DNA from: an uncultured Gammaproteobacteria bacterium
Lineage (GTDB): Bacteria > Patescibacteriota > Patescibacteriia > Patescibacteriales > UBA12465
Reading direction: 5' to 3'
Assembly: GCA_964355275.1 (NCBI GenBank)
Contig: CAYHCB010000008.1
Coordinates: 1 to 49,246 of the forward strand
DNA: 49,246 bases
The translations under genes were made by a program, and so were the position numbers. Below the pieces are notes generated by a model. That model was not told the origin of the DNA and ran no database searches. It worked only from the letters and a program-made list of their open reading frames with translations. Below, in pieces: positions 25,829 to 34,498 of this stretch (position 1 is its first letter; every line of letters starts with the position of its first letter).

Positions 25829-27832
25829 ATGATCACTTTAATTGTTCTAGGTAGCGCCGCTTTGGCCATTATTTATGGAGCGGTAGTTATCCATTTTATT
25901 CTTAAGTTAGATGGTGGTAATGAAAAAATGAAAGAAATTGCTAAGGCTATTCAAGAAGGCGCTAAAGCTTTTTTAAATCGTCAGTATAAGGCCGTGGCCA
26001 TGGTGGCAGCAATTTTATTTTTAGTAATTGGCTTTATTCCTTCTTTAGGTTGGACAACGGCGGCCGCTTTTCTTTTGGGAGCTGTTTTGTCAGCTTTAAC
26101 GGGCTACATTGGTATGTTTGTTAGTGTGCGCGCTAATGTGCGAACCGCTGAAGCTGCTCGCGGTGGGCTGGCTAAAGCTTTAAACGTTGCCGTTAAAGGT
26201 GGTAGCGTAACAGGAATGTTAGTTGTTGGCTTAGCCTTACTGGGAACTGCTGGTTTTTATTTTTTAACCGGTGATTTACACGCTTTAATTGGTTTTGGTT
26301 TTGGTGGCTCTTTAATTTCTATATTTGCCAGACTTGGTGGCGGAATTTATACCAAGGCAGCTGATGTTGGCGCTGATTTAGTTGGTAAAGTTGAAGCTAG
26401 TATTCCAGAAGACGATCCTCGTAATCCAGCGGTTATCGCTGATAATGTTGGTGATAATGTTGGTGATTGTGCTGGTATGGCGGCTGATTTATTTGAGACT
26501 TACGCCGTTACTTCAATTGCAACTATGATTTTAGGTTCCCTGCTTTTTCCTGGGAATCAAGCTATTGTTTTATTTCCTTTAGTTCTGGGAGCAATTTCTA
26601 TTATAGCCTCAATCATTGGTATTTTCTTTATTAGATTAGGAAAAAATAAAAATATTATGCAAGCTTTGTATAAAGGCTTGATTGCTGCCGGCGCTTTATC
26701 GGCTGTTGCTTTTTATTTTGTTAGTAAAATGATGTTAGAGGGTTCATCTCTTAATTATTTGAATGTCTTTTTTGCCTCTCTAGTTGGTTTGTTGGTTACT
26801 GGTGCTTTAGTTGTTATTACAGAATATTATACTTCAACCGCTTTTGCTCCAGTAAAATCAATTGCTGAAGCGTCAACAACCGGTCACGGCACTAATGTGA
26901 TTGCCGGTCTCGCTGTTTCCATGAAATCAACAGCTGCTCCAATCATCGTAATTGTTGCCGCTATGTTAGGTGCTTATAGTTTAGCCGGTTTATACGGAAT
27001 CGCGATTGCTGCCATGGCTATGTTATCTATGGCTGGTATTATTGTAACAATTGATGCTTACGGTCCTATTACTGATAATGCTGGGGGAATTGCGGAAATG
27101 GCCGAACTAGGGGATGATGTGCGAAATATCACTGACCCTCTTGATGCTGTTGGTAACACAACTAAAGCTGTTACTAAAGGTTATGCTATCGGTTCAGCGG
27201 CTCTCGCTGCCCTAGTTTTATTTTCGGATTTTACTTATAAGATAAAAGATTTAGGCGGTAACGCAGAATTTCTAATTAATGACCCTTACGTGTTAGCTGG
27301 TTTATTTATCGGCGGCTTATTACCTTATTTGTTTGGGGCCATGGCTATGAAAGCGGTTGGTCGTGCGGCTGGCGCTGTAGTTGAAGACGTGCGCGCTCAA
27401 TTTAAAGAAAAACCAGGTATCATGTTAAATACTGAAAAACCTGATTACGGACGCACCGTTGATATTGTTACTAAAGCCGCTATTCGCGAAATGATTGTAC
27501 CAGCTTTAATTCCGGTATTAGTTCCAATTATTGTTGGTTTTGGTTTTGGTAAGGCTCACGGAGTGCAAGCTTTAGGAGGATTATTAGTTGGTTCAATCGT
27601 AACCGGTATTTTTGTGGCTGTTTCCATGACCTCCGGTGGAGGCGCTTGGGATAATGCTAAAAAATATATAGAGTCTGGTAATTTTGGTGGTAAAGGTTCA
27701 GATGCTCATAAGGCCGCTGTTACCGGAGACACTGTGGGTGATCCTTATAAGGATACCGCTGGACCAGCGATTAACCCAATGATTAAAGTATTAAATATTG
27801 TTGCTTTACTTATTGTTGGTTTGCTTCTCTAA
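25829..27832 (+). CDS. hppA: membrane-bound proton-translocating pyrophosphatase (K+-independent signature)
   Basis: [36 protein letters not shown] and [13 protein letters not shown] motifs. Confidence 0.95.
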   Translation: MITLIVLGSAALAIIYGAVVIHFILKLDGGNEKMKEIAKAIQEGAKAFLNRQYKAVAMVAAILFLVIGFIPSLGWTTAAAFLLGAVLSALTGYIGMFVSVRANVRTAEAARGGLAKALNVAVKGGSVTGMLVVGLALLGTAGFYFLTGDLHALIGFGFGGSLISIFARLGGGIYTKAADVGADLVGKVEASIPEDDPRNPAVIADNVGDNVGDCAGMAADLFETYAVTSIATMILGSLLFPGNQAIVLFPLVLGAISIIASIIGIFFIRLGKNKNIMQALYKGLIAAGALSAVAFYFVSKMMLEGSSLNYLNVFFASLVGLLVTGALVVITEYYTSTAFAPVKSIAEASTTGHGTNVIAGLAVSMKSTAAPIIVIVAAMLGAYSLAGLYGIAIAAMAMLSMAGIIVTIDAYGPITDNAGGIAEMAELGDDVRNITDPLDAVGNTTKAVTKGYAIGSAALAALVLFSDFTYKIKDLGGNAEFLINDPYVLAGLFIGGLLPYLFGAMAMKAVGRAAGAVVEDVRAQFKEKPGIMLNTEKPDYGRTVDIVTKAAIREMIVPALIPVLVPIIVGFGFGKAHGVQALGGLLVGSIVTGIFVAVSMTSGGGAWDNAKKYIESGNFGGKGSDAHKAAVTGDTVGDPYKDTAGPAINPMIKVLNIVALLIVGLLL

Positions 27833-27850
27833 AAATTTTTTAGTAAATAT

Positions 27851-27890
27851 AAAAAAGTCCCAGCCTAAAAAGTTGGGACTTTTTATTTTT
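27851..27890 (+). terminator. intrinsic terminator
   Basis: Stem aagtccca/tgggactt, then T-runs. Confidence 0.75.
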
Positions 27891-27905
27891 TTTAATATCG
27901 ATATC

Positions 27906-27934
27906 TTGACTTAAATGCTAATAAGTATTATAAA
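27906..27934 (+). promoter_or_regulatory. sigma70 promoter (TTGACT-N17-TATAAA)
   Basis: -35 at 27906-27911 and -10 at 27929-27934. Confidence 0.6.
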
Positions 27935-27981
27935 TCAGGTATCAAATAAATGTAATATTAACAATAAAAAAAGAGATAGGT

Positions 27982-28584
27982 ATGAGAAACCAGGAAATTT
28001 TTAGAATGTTGTCATTTAAATCTTTTTTTGAAGAATTGCAGTTAGCTGGATTAACTCCGGAGCACTTCATTATTCTTAGTAGAAAAAAAGGTTTAATGAA
28101 GACTGTGGCTCAAAAAATTATGGCAGTTATCATGGGCGCACTTTATGATTTACAAGAAGGGGACTCGCTCCAGTATGTAAATTATAATTCTAATATCGAA
28201 GAGCTTTGCGTAGATGCTGACCTGCAAAAAATTGATTCGGATATTAATTCTCACAACTTTCCGGTCAGTAAAAATGGCAAAGCCAGCCTTATAATGAAAT
28301 TAAGCAAGGACTCAGCGGTAAAGGCAAAAAGTTTATCTGATTTTAAGGCAGAGCCGGGTTATCGTTTAGCTACCTTTGAGGAGGCATTTGCCTATCTCGC
28401 TAGTCATCCGGAAGTGATAAAAAAAGCTCGCTTATTAGTACTTGGCTCTATTTGGCACAACATGCCAGAATTTGTTCGCCAAGTAATCACGCTTACTGAC
28501 ATTAATGGCCGGACCGAAGCTTATTTGGTCCCCAATAATTGTCCGTTAAAAGAGGATCATGCAACTTTTTTAGTTAAACTTTAA
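27982..28584 (+). CDS. hypothetical protein, no recognisable family
   Basis: 200-aa ORF with its own promoter and a GC-rich terminator, lying between hppA and tig. Confidence 0.65.
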   Translation: MRNQEIFRMLSFKSFFEELQLAGLTPEHFIILSRKKGLMKTVAQKIMAVIMGALYDLQEGDSLQYVNYNSNIEELCVDADLQKIDSDINSHNFPVSKNGKASLIMKLSKDSAVKAKSLSDFKAEPGYRLATFEEAFAYLASHPEVIKKARLLVLGSIWHNMPEFVRQVITLTDINGRTEAYLVPNNCPLKEDHATFLVKL

Positions 28585-28603
28585 GTTTAACCTAAACAGA
28601 GGG

Positions 28604-28635
28604 AAGGCGCAGTCACAAGATTGCGCCTTTTTTTA
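28604..28635 (+). terminator. intrinsic terminator
   Basis: Stem aaggcgca/tgcgcctt with a 10-nt loop, then T7. Confidence 0.75.
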
Positions 28636-28731
28636 TCTTGATTTTTATTAGCAATTATATTAAACTAAGTTTGGATTAATTAATCATTTTGGCAAGCTTT
28701 AGGGCTTGTTTATACTAAAAATAGATAAAAT

Positions 28732-30042
28732 ATGCAAGTAACAAAAAAAGATTTAGAAAAATCACAAAGTGAGCTAACAATCGAAATGACTCCTGAAGAA
28801 TTTCAACCATTTATTGAAAAGGGGGCTCAAAAAATTTCTGAAAAAGTTAAAATTGAAGGGTTTCGTCCAGGAAAAGCCCCTCTTGATATTTTAAAACAAA
28901 AAGTTGGTGAAATGACAATTTTAGAAGAGGCGGCTCACCAAGCTATTCATAAAACTATCGATGATATTATTGAAAAAAATACGATGGATAGAATGGCAGT
29001 TGGTCAACCAAAAGTAGAAATTACTAAACTCGCTCCAGGCAATCCTTTTGAATATAAAGTAACGATTGCTATTATGCCAACTGTAGCCCTTGGTAAATAT
29101 AAGGACTTAAAAATAAAAGTAACGGAAGCTAAAGTAGAAAAAGTTGATATTGAAAAAACTATCAAAGAATTACAGGAGATGCGAGTTAAAGAAACGCTAT
29201 CTGAAACTGAAGTTGGCGATAATAATAAAGTTTTAGTTGACGTGGAAATGTTTATTGATAAGGTTCCAGTAGAGGGCGGTCAAACAAAAGATTTAGCGGT
29301 CATTATTGGTAAGAATTATTTTGTCGGTGGTTTTGATAAAGAGTTACTTGGCGCTAAAACTGGTGAAGAACGTAAATTTTCTCTTCCCTTTCCTGGCGAT
29401 CATCATCAAAAAAATCTAGCCGGTAAAATGGTAGATTTTCAAGTAAAAATTGGCGCTGTTTATCAAAGAGAATTACCAGAAATAAATGATGAATTTGCAG
29501 TTGGTTTTCGTTTTAAAGATTTAGCCGATTTAGAAAAAACATTAAGTGAGAATATTATGGCTGACAGAAAAAGTCAGGCCGATAATAAATCCGAATTAGA
29601 AATGTTGGATGCGATTGCGGTTAATACTAAATTTGGCGATTTACCGGAGGCAATGGTAGAAAGTGAGACTCATCATATGATGCATGAAATTGAAGATAAT
29701 TTAGCTAGACAGGGCGGGAAGATGGAAGATTATTTACAGCATTTAGGAAAAACGCGAAATGAATTAGTTTTAGAATTGTTGCCAAATGCCGTAAAACGAG
29801 TAAAAACCGCTTTAGTTATGAAAGAGGTTGGTGTTGTCGAAAAACTTGATGCTAGTGAAAAAGAAATTGATAAAAAGCTCGATGAATTAAAAACGGAACA
29901 TAAGGATGATAATAGTTTAGAAAAAATGGCGACTGATAAAAATTACCGTCGTTATTTAGGCAACGTTATTCAGAATGAAAAAGTTTTGCTTAAATTAAAA
30001 GAATGGAATTATGCCGACTCTGGCCACCAACAAAAAAGCTAG
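28732..30042 (+). CDS. tig: trigger factor
   Basis: N-terminal ribosome-binding GFRPGKAP motif, a central FKBP-like region, and a helical C-terminal domain. Confidence 0.9.
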   Translation: MQVTKKDLEKSQSELTIEMTPEEFQPFIEKGAQKISEKVKIEGFRPGKAPLDILKQKVGEMTILEEAAHQAIHKTIDDIIEKNTMDRMAVGQPKVEITKLAPGNPFEYKVTIAIMPTVALGKYKDLKIKVTEAKVEKVDIEKTIKELQEMRVKETLSETEVGDNNKVLVDVEMFIDKVPVEGGQTKDLAVIIGKNYFVGGFDKELLGAKTGEERKFSLPFPGDHHQKNLAGKMVDFQVKIGAVYQRELPEINDEFAVGFRFKDLADLEKTLSENIMADRKSQADNKSELEMLDAIAVNTKFGDLPEAMVESETHHMMHEIEDNLARQGGKMEDYLQHLGKTRNELVLELLPNAVKRVKTALVMKEVGVVEKLDASEKEIDKKLDELKTEHKDDNSLEKMATDKNYRRYLGNVIQNEKVLLKLKEWNYADSGHQQKS

Positions 30043-30475
30043 TTTTGATTATAAGCTGCTAGAAATACTCGAGGCAGGATTGGTTCTTTATGGTCACGAA
30101 GTAAAAGCAGTGAAAGATGGACATATAAGCTTAAAAGGCTCTTATATTTCTTTTAGGTACTTAAACGGTGTCCCGGAACTGTATCTAATTGGAGCCCATA
30201 TTTCTAAATATCGTCATGCTGGCAATTTACCTGATTATAATCCCATTAGAGAACGCAAACTTTTACTTAAAAATAGAGAAATCAAGCACCTGTTGGGTAA
30301 AAAAGAAGAAAATGGCTTGACACTTGTGCCCGTCAAAATATATACTAAGCGTAGCTTAATCAAAATGGAGCTCGCGTTAGCCGAAGGTAAGAAGAAATTT
30401 GACAAGCGCGATGACCTTAAAAAGAAAGATTTGGATCGCCAAATTAGTACTTTAATGAAACAAAGATTAAGATAG
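30011..30475 (+). CDS. smpB: SsrA-binding protein SmpB
   Basis: NKKASFDYKLLEILEAGLVLYGHEVKAV and a basic C-terminal tail. Overlaps tig by 32 nt. Confidence 0.9.
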   Translation: MPTLATNKKASFDYKLLEILEAGLVLYGHEVKAVKDGHISLKGSYISFRYLNGVPELYLIGAHISKYRHAGNLPDYNPIRERKLLLKNREIKHLLGKKEENGLTLVPVKIYTKRSLIKMELALAEGKKKFDKRDDLKKKDLDRQISTLMKQRLR

Positions 30476-30847
30476 GGGATGTCGGGCTTTCGATAGCAAG
30501 ATTTCTCTTTAAACGTGCAAAACGCAGTGAGCATCTGCGTACTAAGGCTCAAAAAACAAATGCAAAAAAAACTGCAGCGTTTACTTGGTTAGTTCCAAGT
30601 TACGTCCCTGTTGTCGCTTAATATAGCCACAACCATCAGTCTGGTGAAGCTTAATAGCTAGTAACTGGTGTCATTTATAAAGCTAGGTTCTTTGGTTTCT
30701 TTCACTAGAAAAACCGAACTAAAAGAAAGATAGTCTTAGTGTTTTTCTCCCGGTTTATCATCACTAAGGCAAAATACAAACTGGAATAATTTTGTAGAAG
30801 CGTTTAAAGTAACTTGTTAGACATGGGTTCAACTCCCATCATCTCCA
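30475..30847 (+). ncRNA. ssrA: tmRNA (SsrA), one-piece
   Basis: 5' ggggatg pairs with 3' catctcc, including the G3:U wobble. T-arm atggg-ttcaact-cccat. H-type PK1 (gugc/cgcag/gcau/cugcg). The tag ORF ends at a UAA in a hairpin loop (30619-30621). Confidence 0.85.
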
Positions 30848-30876
30848 CATTTATTTTTTTAATAAATAATAAGAAG

Positions 30877-30960
30877 GCCGCGGTGGCGGAATTGGTAGAC
30901 GCGCTGGACTTAAAATCCAGTTGTGGCGACACAGTGCGGGTTCGATTCCCGCCCGCGGCA
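30877..30960 (+). tRNA. tRNA-Leu (anticodon UAA), class II with long variable arm; CCA not encoded
   Basis: Acceptor gccgcgg/ccgcggc, anticodon arm ctgga-cttaaaa-tccag, variable stem tgtg/caca, T-arm gcggg-ttcgatt-cccgc. Confidence 0.9.
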
Positions 30961-30985
30961 CATTATAACCCTGATGTTTAGGGTG

Positions 30986-31014
30986 TTGATTAAGAAATAA
31001 ATATTTGCTATATA
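30986..31014 (+). promoter_or_regulatory. promoter candidate (TTGATT-N17-TATATA) for tRNA-Gly
   Basis: Correct spacing, with the -10 ending 13 nt before the tRNA 5' end. Confidence 0.45.
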
Positions 31015-31027
31015 TTATATAGCTTAT

Positions 31028-31099
31028 GCGGGTATCGTATAGTGGTTATTATGCGACCTTGCCATGGTCGAGAGAGGGGTTCGATTCCCCTTACCCGCT
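31028..31099 (+). tRNA. tRNA-Gly (anticodon GCC)
   Basis: Acceptor gcgggta/tacccgc, anticodon arm cgacc-ttgccat-ggtcg, 4-nt variable loop, T-arm agggg-ttcgatt-cccct, discriminator U. Confidence 0.9.
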
Positions 31100-31108
31100 C
31101 AAAAATAA

Positions 31109-31137
31109 AAAGAAGCTCCAATGCGGAACTTCTTTTT
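31109..31137 (+). terminator. intrinsic terminator after the RNA gene cluster
   Basis: Stem agaag(c)tcc/gga(a)cttct, then T5. Confidence 0.6.
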
Positions 31138-31219
31138 GTTTACTCTTGGACAATTTTTTGTTATAAAATTATAATAATGTATGACTATAAATTTGGAAGA
31201 TAAATAAATAATTATTTTT

Positions 31220-31762
31220 ATGAATAACTCGTCTCTACCAGATATATTAGGTGAAGAAATAAATATTATTTTTTGTGGTCTTAGTGCTGGAAAACTTTCT
31301 TTAATGATGCAGCATTATTACGCTGATCCTGGTAATCGTTTTTGGCTATCTTTAAAAGAGGCCGGTCTTACAGAAAAGCAAATTATTCCCAGTCTTAATT
31401 CAGAACAAAGAGAAGTAAATTATAAATTTTTAAAATCAAAAAAGATTGGCTTAACTGATTTAATAAAGAGTGGCCAGGAAATTAAAGGCGATTTACTGGC
31501 GAGTGAAAAAGATATTGAACGATTGAATAATCTAATAAAAGAGTATCGGCCTAGAGTGTTAGCTTTTAACGGTAAAAAAGCGGCCCAATTATATTTAAAT
31601 AAAATAAATTCAAGTGAAATTAGATTTGGTGAATTACAAAATTTAAAAATTGGTAGCACTAAGGTATTTATTTTACCCTCAACTTCTGGCGCCGCTAAAG
31701 CTTTTTGGTCACTTGCCCCCTGGCGAGAACTTAGTTATCTAGTTAAAAAAATTAAAAGATAA
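31220..31762 (+). CDS. mug: MUG/TDG-family (family 2 UDG-like) DNA glycosylase with a deviant motif A
   Basis: IIFCGLSAGKLS...YYADPGNRFW and ILPSTSGAA parallel E. coli Mug VVFCGINPGLSS...PANRFW and NPSG. Confidence 0.65.
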   Translation: MNNSSLPDILGEEINIIFCGLSAGKLSLMMQHYYADPGNRFWLSLKEAGLTEKQIIPSLNSEQREVNYKFLKSKKIGLTDLIKSGQEIKGDLLASEKDIERLNNLIKEYRPRVLAFNGKKAAQLYLNKINSSEIRFGELQNLKIGSTKVFILPSTSGAAKAFWSLAPWRELSYLVKKIKR

Positions 31763-31787
31763 TATATTTATTTTTGTTCTTAGTAAA

Positions 31788-31811
31788 AGCAGATAAAAAT
31801 GTCTGTTTTTT
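31788..31811 (+). terminator. intrinsic terminator
   Basis: Stem agcaga/tctgtt (with one G-U pair), then T6. Confidence 0.55.
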
Positions 31812-31836
31812 CGTTTAATGGTTTTTTATTCACATA

Positions 31837-31865
31837 TTTACAAAAATATTTAACTATACTATAAT
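31837..31865 (+). promoter_or_regulatory. sigma70 promoter (TTTACA-N17-TATAAT)
   Basis: -35 at 31837-31842 and -10 at 31860-31865. Confidence 0.55.
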
Positions 31866-31901
31866 TTTTTTTAAATTAAAGAACTTTAACAAACAAAATT
31901 A

Positions 31902-31957
31902 ATTAGGTTAACTGCTAAGTTTGAGTTAGTTTACGCAATTTTAGCAGTTAACCTAAT
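31902..31957 (+). promoter_or_regulatory. perfect 17-bp inverted repeat with 22-nt loop in the predicted 5'-UTR
   Basis: attaggttaactgctaa (31902-31918) and ttagcagttaacctaat (31941-31957). Ends 17 nt before the ATG at 31975. Confidence 0.6.
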
Positions 31958-31974
31958 AATAATTTTAAAACGCG

Positions 31975-32349
31975 ATGTACATGAAAAAACCAAGTAAAGT
32001 TTTCTTGATTATGGTGATTTCTTTTCTTTCCGTATTTTTTGCGGTAGCAAATTTAATCCCAGTAATCGGCCCCGCCTTTATTGCTTATTTACTCGGCAAT
32101 AATAAATCCCGGTACTTGGCCTATGGCTTAGTTTGGGTTCATTTTTTTGTTTCGATTATGATCGGTGGTTTAATTTTTTTCTTGTTTAGTTCGCCTGTAA
32201 TTGGAGCATTTATTTTATTTAGTGATCCTAAAAATTTTTGGTATTTAATTGTCTTTAATTTCCTAATAAATTTAATATTTTCAGTGGCTTTTTATTTTTT
32301 GGGAAGCTACCGACACACACTTAAAATAAAAAAAAGAGCTATTCATTAA
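31975..32349 (+). CDS. small polytopic membrane protein, unknown family
   Basis: Three to four hydrophobic segments. The alternative start at 31981 is equally plausible. Confidence 0.6.
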   Translation: MYMKKPSKVFLIMVISFLSVFFAVANLIPVIGPAFIAYLLGNNKSRYLAYGLVWVHFFVSIMIGGLIFFLFSSPVIGAFILFSDPKNFWYLIVFNFLINLIFSVAFYFLGSYRHTLKIKKRAIH

Positions 32350-32361
32350 AAACGTTTAAAA

Positions 32362-32817
32362 ATGGAAAAACAAATGATTACCGTTAAATCAGAGCAAATT
32401 CAGGCTCTAAAGTATCTCATTTTTTGTTCAAAAGATGCTGGTACGGAAACCAAAAAAACCCTCTTTGCGCTAATTGATGCTAGTGAAGGGTTAACTAAGT
32501 CAGTCTGTTATACTGGCTACTCTCAGGATATTTCCTATGGCATAGAGAATCTTCTCTGCAGCCAACACGCGACACATTTAAACACTGTGATGACCTTAAT
32601 TGGCACAAATTTTAATTTTAGTCATCATGATGGTTATTTTGTAAAATCTGGGAAGTTCAAGATTGAACTTAAACCATTTAAAAAAGTCACTCACACCATT
32701 TGGCTGTCCCCGGAATCGTATGACAAAAAAGCGGTTGAAATTTCGGAAAAACAAGTTGACCGTGCTCAATTAGTTGCGCCACTTATGCAGACTAATCGAA
32801 GGATGGTTAACGTTTAA
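32362..32817 (+). CDS. hypothetical soluble protein, no recognisable family
   Basis: 151-aa ORF 12 nt downstream of the membrane protein gene. Confidence 0.6.
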   Translation: MEKQMITVKSEQIQALKYLIFCSKDAGTETKKTLFALIDASEGLTKSVCYTGYSQDISYGIENLLCSQHATHLNTVMTLIGTNFNFSHHDGYFVKSGKFKIELKPFKKVTHTIWLSPESYDKKAVEISEKQVDRAQLVAPLMQTNRRMVNV

Positions 32818-32889
32818 ATTATTTAGTAAATTAAACTGGCAGCAATGTCGGTTTTTTTTCTTTTTTTACCATAGATTTATTTTAATGAC

Positions 32890-32918
32890 TTGCAAAAAAT
32901 TGAAAATTATGTTATAGT
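32890..32918 (+). promoter_or_regulatory. sigma70 promoter (TTGCAA-N17-TATAGT)
   Basis: -35 at 32890-32895 and -10 at 32913-32918. Confidence 0.55.
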
Positions 32919-32975
32919 GTAGTTTACCTGTATTTTTAGGTCTAAACGTACTTTACTAACTAAATAAAAAATATC

Positions 32976-33686
32976 ATGGACACGGAATTATCGATAAAAG
33001 AAAAAGAAGAGGCTATTGCTACTTATATAAGCAATTTTAGGCACGACGTTATCGGCCCCATTTCTTCAATGGTTGCTTGTGCTGAGGTTATATTAACTGA
33101 AGATCTTTCAGTTACAGAAACTACTAAGTTTCTTAATCTCATCATTTTGGCTGGTAAAAATATTTTAAAAATGAATGAAAACTACCTGTTACTTGATAAA
33201 ATCGAGCGCGGCGCGATAGAGCTTGAAAAAGAAGAAAAAAGTATTTTCTGGATAAGAGAAGAAATTAAAAACTTATTTTTTGGCCTACGGAGCGATAAAA
33301 AGCTGATCATTTCGTTTCGATCTTTAGAAAATGAAGTAATGGACTATCAGGATATTCAGGCACCGATTAAGGTTAATGAATCCTTATTTATCTCTTTATT
33401 ATCAACCTTACTTCGTAATGCTTTGGAAGCGTCGCTGGATGCCGGTGGTGATATAAAAGTAAATATCTATCAAAAAGGTGACATTTGCATTAGTATTTCT
33501 AATCTGGGAGTAATCCCTGACAAAATTAAACAAAAACTCTTCCAAAAGTTCGCTACCAGTAAAAAACTGGGTAACGGACTAGGACTCTATAGCGCTAAGT
33601 TAATCGCTAAAGCTCATGGTGGGGACTTAGTTTATCAGTCTATTCCAGACGGAACTATGTTTACTATAATTATTCCGAGCTCATAA
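32976..33686 (+). CDS. cytoplasmic orphan sensor histidine kinase (HisKA + HATPase_c only)
   Basis: H-box NFRHDVIGPISS, N-box LLRNALEAS, and G-box GNGLGLYSAKLIAKAHGG. It has no TM or sensor domain, and no response regulator lies nearby. Confidence 0.8.
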   Translation: MDTELSIKEKEEAIATYISNFRHDVIGPISSMVACAEVILTEDLSVTETTKFLNLIILAGKNILKMNENYLLLDKIERGAIELEKEEKSIFWIREEIKNLFFGLRSDKKLIISFRSLENEVMDYQDIQAPIKVNESLFISLLSTLLRNALEASLDAGGDIKVNIYQKGDICISISNLGVIPDKIKQKLFQKFATSKKLGNGLGLYSAKLIAKAHGGDLVYQSIPDGTMFTIIIPSS

Positions 33687-33708
33687 GAAGTTCGTGGGCG
33701 AACGCATT

Positions 33709-33746
33709 GAGGGCTGATCTAAATCACGATCAACCCTTTTTTATTT
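33709..33746 (+). terminator. intrinsic terminator
   Basis: Stem gggctgatc/gatcaaccc (one mismatch), then T6. Confidence 0.65.
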
Positions 33747-33781
33747 TTAATATTTTATTAGGCTTAAAGGAGTTGTCGTTA

Positions 33782-33810
33782 TTGACTAAAGGAATATTTT
33801 AAGCTATAAA
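33782..33810 (+). promoter_or_regulatory. sigma70 promoter (TTGACT-N17-TATAAA) for the infC operon
   Basis: -35 at 33782-33787 and -10 at 33805-33810. Confidence 0.6.
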
Positions 33811-33898
33811 TAAGGAATAAGAAATATATTTAATATCTAAATGACCCTTATAAGGTCGTTTTTGGCTAGGACCCCCCGGTTTCGGCCCAAATAAACTA

Positions 33899-34453
33899 AT
33901 GAGAATAAAATTTCACAGAACAGAGGCTCGAGAAAAGATTTTTTTTAAATCTAATTTGCAAATAAAGGCGCCGCAAGTGTTTTTAATTGATGAAACCGGC
34001 GAAAGCATTGGTGTCATGGATACCGCTGAGGCAGTTTTAAGAGCTAAAGAACTAGATTTGGATTTAGTAGAAGTTAACCCTAAAGAAAATCCACCCGTTG
34101 CTAAGATTGTTGATTTAGGACAACTTAAGTATGAGCGCGAAAAAAAGGCTCATAAACAAAAAATGCAACAAAAAAAGGTAGAAGTTAAAGCTGTTCGTTT
34201 ATCTTTTAGAATTAGTGATCATGACACCGAGTTACGTCTTAATCAATCAATTAAATTCTTAACAAAAGGAGATAAACTTAAAGTAGAGTTATTACTTAAG
34301 GGTCGTGAAAAGCAATATCCGCAGAAAGCCGCGGAGATTATGAATGAATTTATTAATAAATTAAAAGCCGTGCCGGACTTTAATATTGAACTAGAACAAC
34401 CCTTGACAAAACAAGGGGGAAGATTTACTATGATAGTAATCAATAAAAAGTAA
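33899..34453 (+). CDS. infC: translation initiation factor IF-3
   Basis: IKAPQVFLIDETGESIGVM...DLDLVEVNP...PVAKIVDLGQLKYE. The true start may be a downstream non-ATG codon, as is common for infC. Confidence 0.85.
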   Translation: MRIKFHRTEAREKIFFKSNLQIKAPQVFLIDETGESIGVMDTAEAVLRAKELDLDLVEVNPKENPPVAKIVDLGQLKYEREKKAHKQKMQQKKVEVKAVRLSFRISDHDTELRLNQSIKFLTKGDKLKVELLLKGREKQYPQKAAEIMNEFINKLKAVPDFNIELEQPLTKQGGRFTMIVINKK

Positions 34454-34498
34454 GGATATCGTGAAATCAGGTTTCAGCCTGTTTTTTTCTTGAAAAGT

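Noticed and set aside
34467-34487. The hairpin cagg-tttcag-cctg plus T7 between infC and rpmI, considered as an attenuator for L20/L35 control.
   Set aside because: The stem is only 4 bp and AT-flanked. A regulatory role is plausible by analogy with infC-rpmI-rplT operons, but the sequence evidence is too weak to call.
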